A stretch of 40,047 bases of DNA, from positions 1-40,047 of the forward strand of contig JBBREW010000001.1 in the NCBI GenBank assembly GCA_038225335.1, in the 5' to 3' direction. The notes beneath the pieces are model-generated. The model was given only the letters and a program-made list of their open reading frames with translations, was not told where the DNA came from and ran no database searches. Source of the stretch: Rhodobacterales bacterium. Lineage in GTDB: Bacteria > Pseudomonadota > Alphaproteobacteria > Rhodobacterales > Rhodobacteraceae. A program made the position numbers and the translations under genes. This document shows, one piece after another, positions 38,608 to 40,047 of the stretch. Each line of letters begins with the position of its first letter. Position 1 is the first letter of the stretch.

Positions 38608-39123
38608 GTGGCCATCCGGCGGTGCCACGTGGGACCGGATGGCACCCGGTCGACGGCGGTCTATTCGGCCTGTGACGCGCACCGCTATCGGCTGGACCGG
38701 CGCTGGGGCGATGCGCCGCCGCTGGTCTGGGTCATGCTGAACCCATCGACCGCGACAGAGGCGGCGAACGATCCCACCATTGCCCGTTGTGAACGCCGCG
38801 CAAGGATGGCCGGTGCAGGCGGGGTGCGGATCGTGAACCTGTTCAGCCTGCGCGCGACCCGGCCCGCCGACCTGATGCAGGCGATGGGGCCGAACGGGCC
38901 CGACGCGAACGCGCACATTCTGGCGGCCTGCGGCGGGGCCGGGCTGGTCGTGGCGGGCTGGGGCGTGCATGGCACCCACCGGGACCGCGCCGCACAGGTG
39001 CGGACCATGCTGCGTGACAACGGCGTGGAACTGCATACACTGGGGCTGACACGGGACGGGCATCCGCGCCACCCGCTGTATGTTGCCTATGCCACGACAC
39101 CGGACCCCTGGCCCCATGATTGA
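38608..39123 (+). CDS. DUF1643 domain protein
   Basis: S.C..HRY.L.R.W, VMLNPSTA, DPTIARC, NLF.LRAT.P, AGWG, G.PRHPLY; start uncertain (GTG 38608 or TTG 38575). Confidence 0.85.
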   Translation: MAIRRCHVGPDGTRSTAVYSACDAHRYRLDRRWGDAPPLVWVMLNPSTATEAANDPTIARCERRARMAGAGGVRIVNLFSLRATRPADLMQAMGPNGPDANAHILAACGGAGLVVAGWGVHGTHRDRAAQVRTMLRDNGVELHTLGLTRDGHPRHPLYVAYATTPDPWPHD

Positions 39124-40003
39124 CGGTTTCACACAGACGTATGTCACGGCCGGCGCGGTCCGGTTGTCCGTGCACCGCGCAGGACAGGGCACGCCGTTGA
39201 TCCTGCTGCACGGCTATCCGCAGAACCACCATTGCTGGGCGCGCGTCGCCCCCACACTGGCGCAACATTTCGATGTGATCGTGCCGGACCTGCGGGGCTA
39301 TGGCGACAGTGACGCGCCGCCCGACGATGCGGATCACACGGTCTATTCCAAACGTCGCATGGCGACCGATATCGTGGGTTTGATGGACAGCCTTGGCCTG
39401 CCCTGCGCCCATGTGCTGGGCCATGACCGCGGCGCAAGGGTAGCCTATCGCATGGCGCTTGATCACCCCGACCGCGTTCTGCGGCTGGGCATCATAGAGG
39501 TCGTGCCGACGGGGGATTTCTGGGACCAGTGGACCGCCGACCTCGCCTTGCGGGCCTATCACTGGACCTTTCTGGCGCAACCCGCACCTTTGCCGGAACG
39601 GATGATCGGGGCGGATCCCGCAGCCTATGCGGACTGGACCTTGTCGCATTGGACACTGGACAAGACCCTGAAGGCCTTTGCACCTGATGCACTGGCCAGT
39701 TACCGCGCACAGATGGCCGACCCCGCGCGCTGTCATGCGATGTGTGCGGATTACCGCGCCGGTGCCTATGTGGACAGGGGCATTGATGCGGACAGCCGCA
39801 GCGCCGGGGCGCGTATCGCGGCACCGCTGCATTTTCTGTGGGCCGATGGCGGATTTCCCGCCCAGACCGGCGACCCCCTTGGCCTGTGGCGTGCATGGGC
39901 ACCCCAAGTGACGGGCAACCCCTGCACATCGGGGCATTTCGCGATGGAAGAAAACCCCGACGCCGTGCTTGCAGCCTTCCTGCCGCATTTCGGCGACCGT
40001 TAA
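39116..40003 (+). CDS. Alpha/beta hydrolase, fluoroacetate/haloacetate dehalogenase-like
   Basis: LLHGYPQ, YSKR.MA, GHDRGAR, YHW.F, CADYRAG, SGHF; ATG 39116 overlaps the DUF1643 end. Confidence 0.88.
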   Translation: MIDGFTQTYVTAGAVRLSVHRAGQGTPLILLHGYPQNHHCWARVAPTLAQHFDVIVPDLRGYGDSDAPPDDADHTVYSKRRMATDIVGLMDSLGLPCAHVLGHDRGARVAYRMALDHPDRVLRLGIIEVVPTGDFWDQWTADLALRAYHWTFLAQPAPLPERMIGADPAAYADWTLSHWTLDKTLKAFAPDALASYRAQMADPARCHAMCADYRAGAYVDRGIDADSRSAGARIAAPLHFLWADGGFPAQTGDPLGLWRAWAPQVTGNPCTSGHFAMEENPDAVLAAFLPHFGDR

Positions 40004-40047
40004 CCTTTGCACCAGTTCATGCGTGTCTTGAACACGCAAAAGTGGTA

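Noticed and set aside
1-40047. CRISPR arrays, tRNA/rRNA, IS elements, integrases, toxin-antitoxin or anti-phage systems
   Set aside because: No spaced direct repeats, cloverleafs or relevant protein motifs seen; intergenic gaps are all under about 250 bp.

Overview
GC-rich alphaproteobacterial chromosome segment. Gene content and order suggest Rhodobacteraceae/Roseobacter group; this is inferred, not searched. About 37 CDS, mostly on the minus strand. In order: (1) an acyl-CoA synthetase + Liv-type ABC transporter + PaaK-like operon, interrupted by an HdeA-like periplasmic protein gene; (2) a DUF481 outer-membrane protein; (3) a stand-alone formate dehydrogenase alpha subunit, yaaA and recQ; (4) a histidine phosphatase-GST-Lys1-type saccharopine dehydrogenase operon; (5) a reduced furan-fatty-acid/singlet-oxygen operon (UfaD-like, DUF1365/UfaO-like, MFS, SDR); (6) housekeeping genes rmuC, mutL, an M16 peptidase pair, lspA, purH, a heparinase II/III-like gene, rsmB, DUF1674, dapB, rbfA and truB; (7) DUF1643 and a probable fluoroacetate dehalogenase. 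I found no rRNA, tRNA, CRISPR array, transposase, integrase, prophage or defence system, and I cannot support a claim of a clearly new system. The best leads are the HdeA-like protein and motif-degenerate PaaK-like protein inside the acid-uptake operon, the orphan FDH alpha, the reduced ufa operon, the fluoroacetate dehalogenase, and several cis-regulatory structures. All family assignments come from motif recognition by eye. Many start codons were moved downstream of the ORF-track starts using RBS and overlap evidence.
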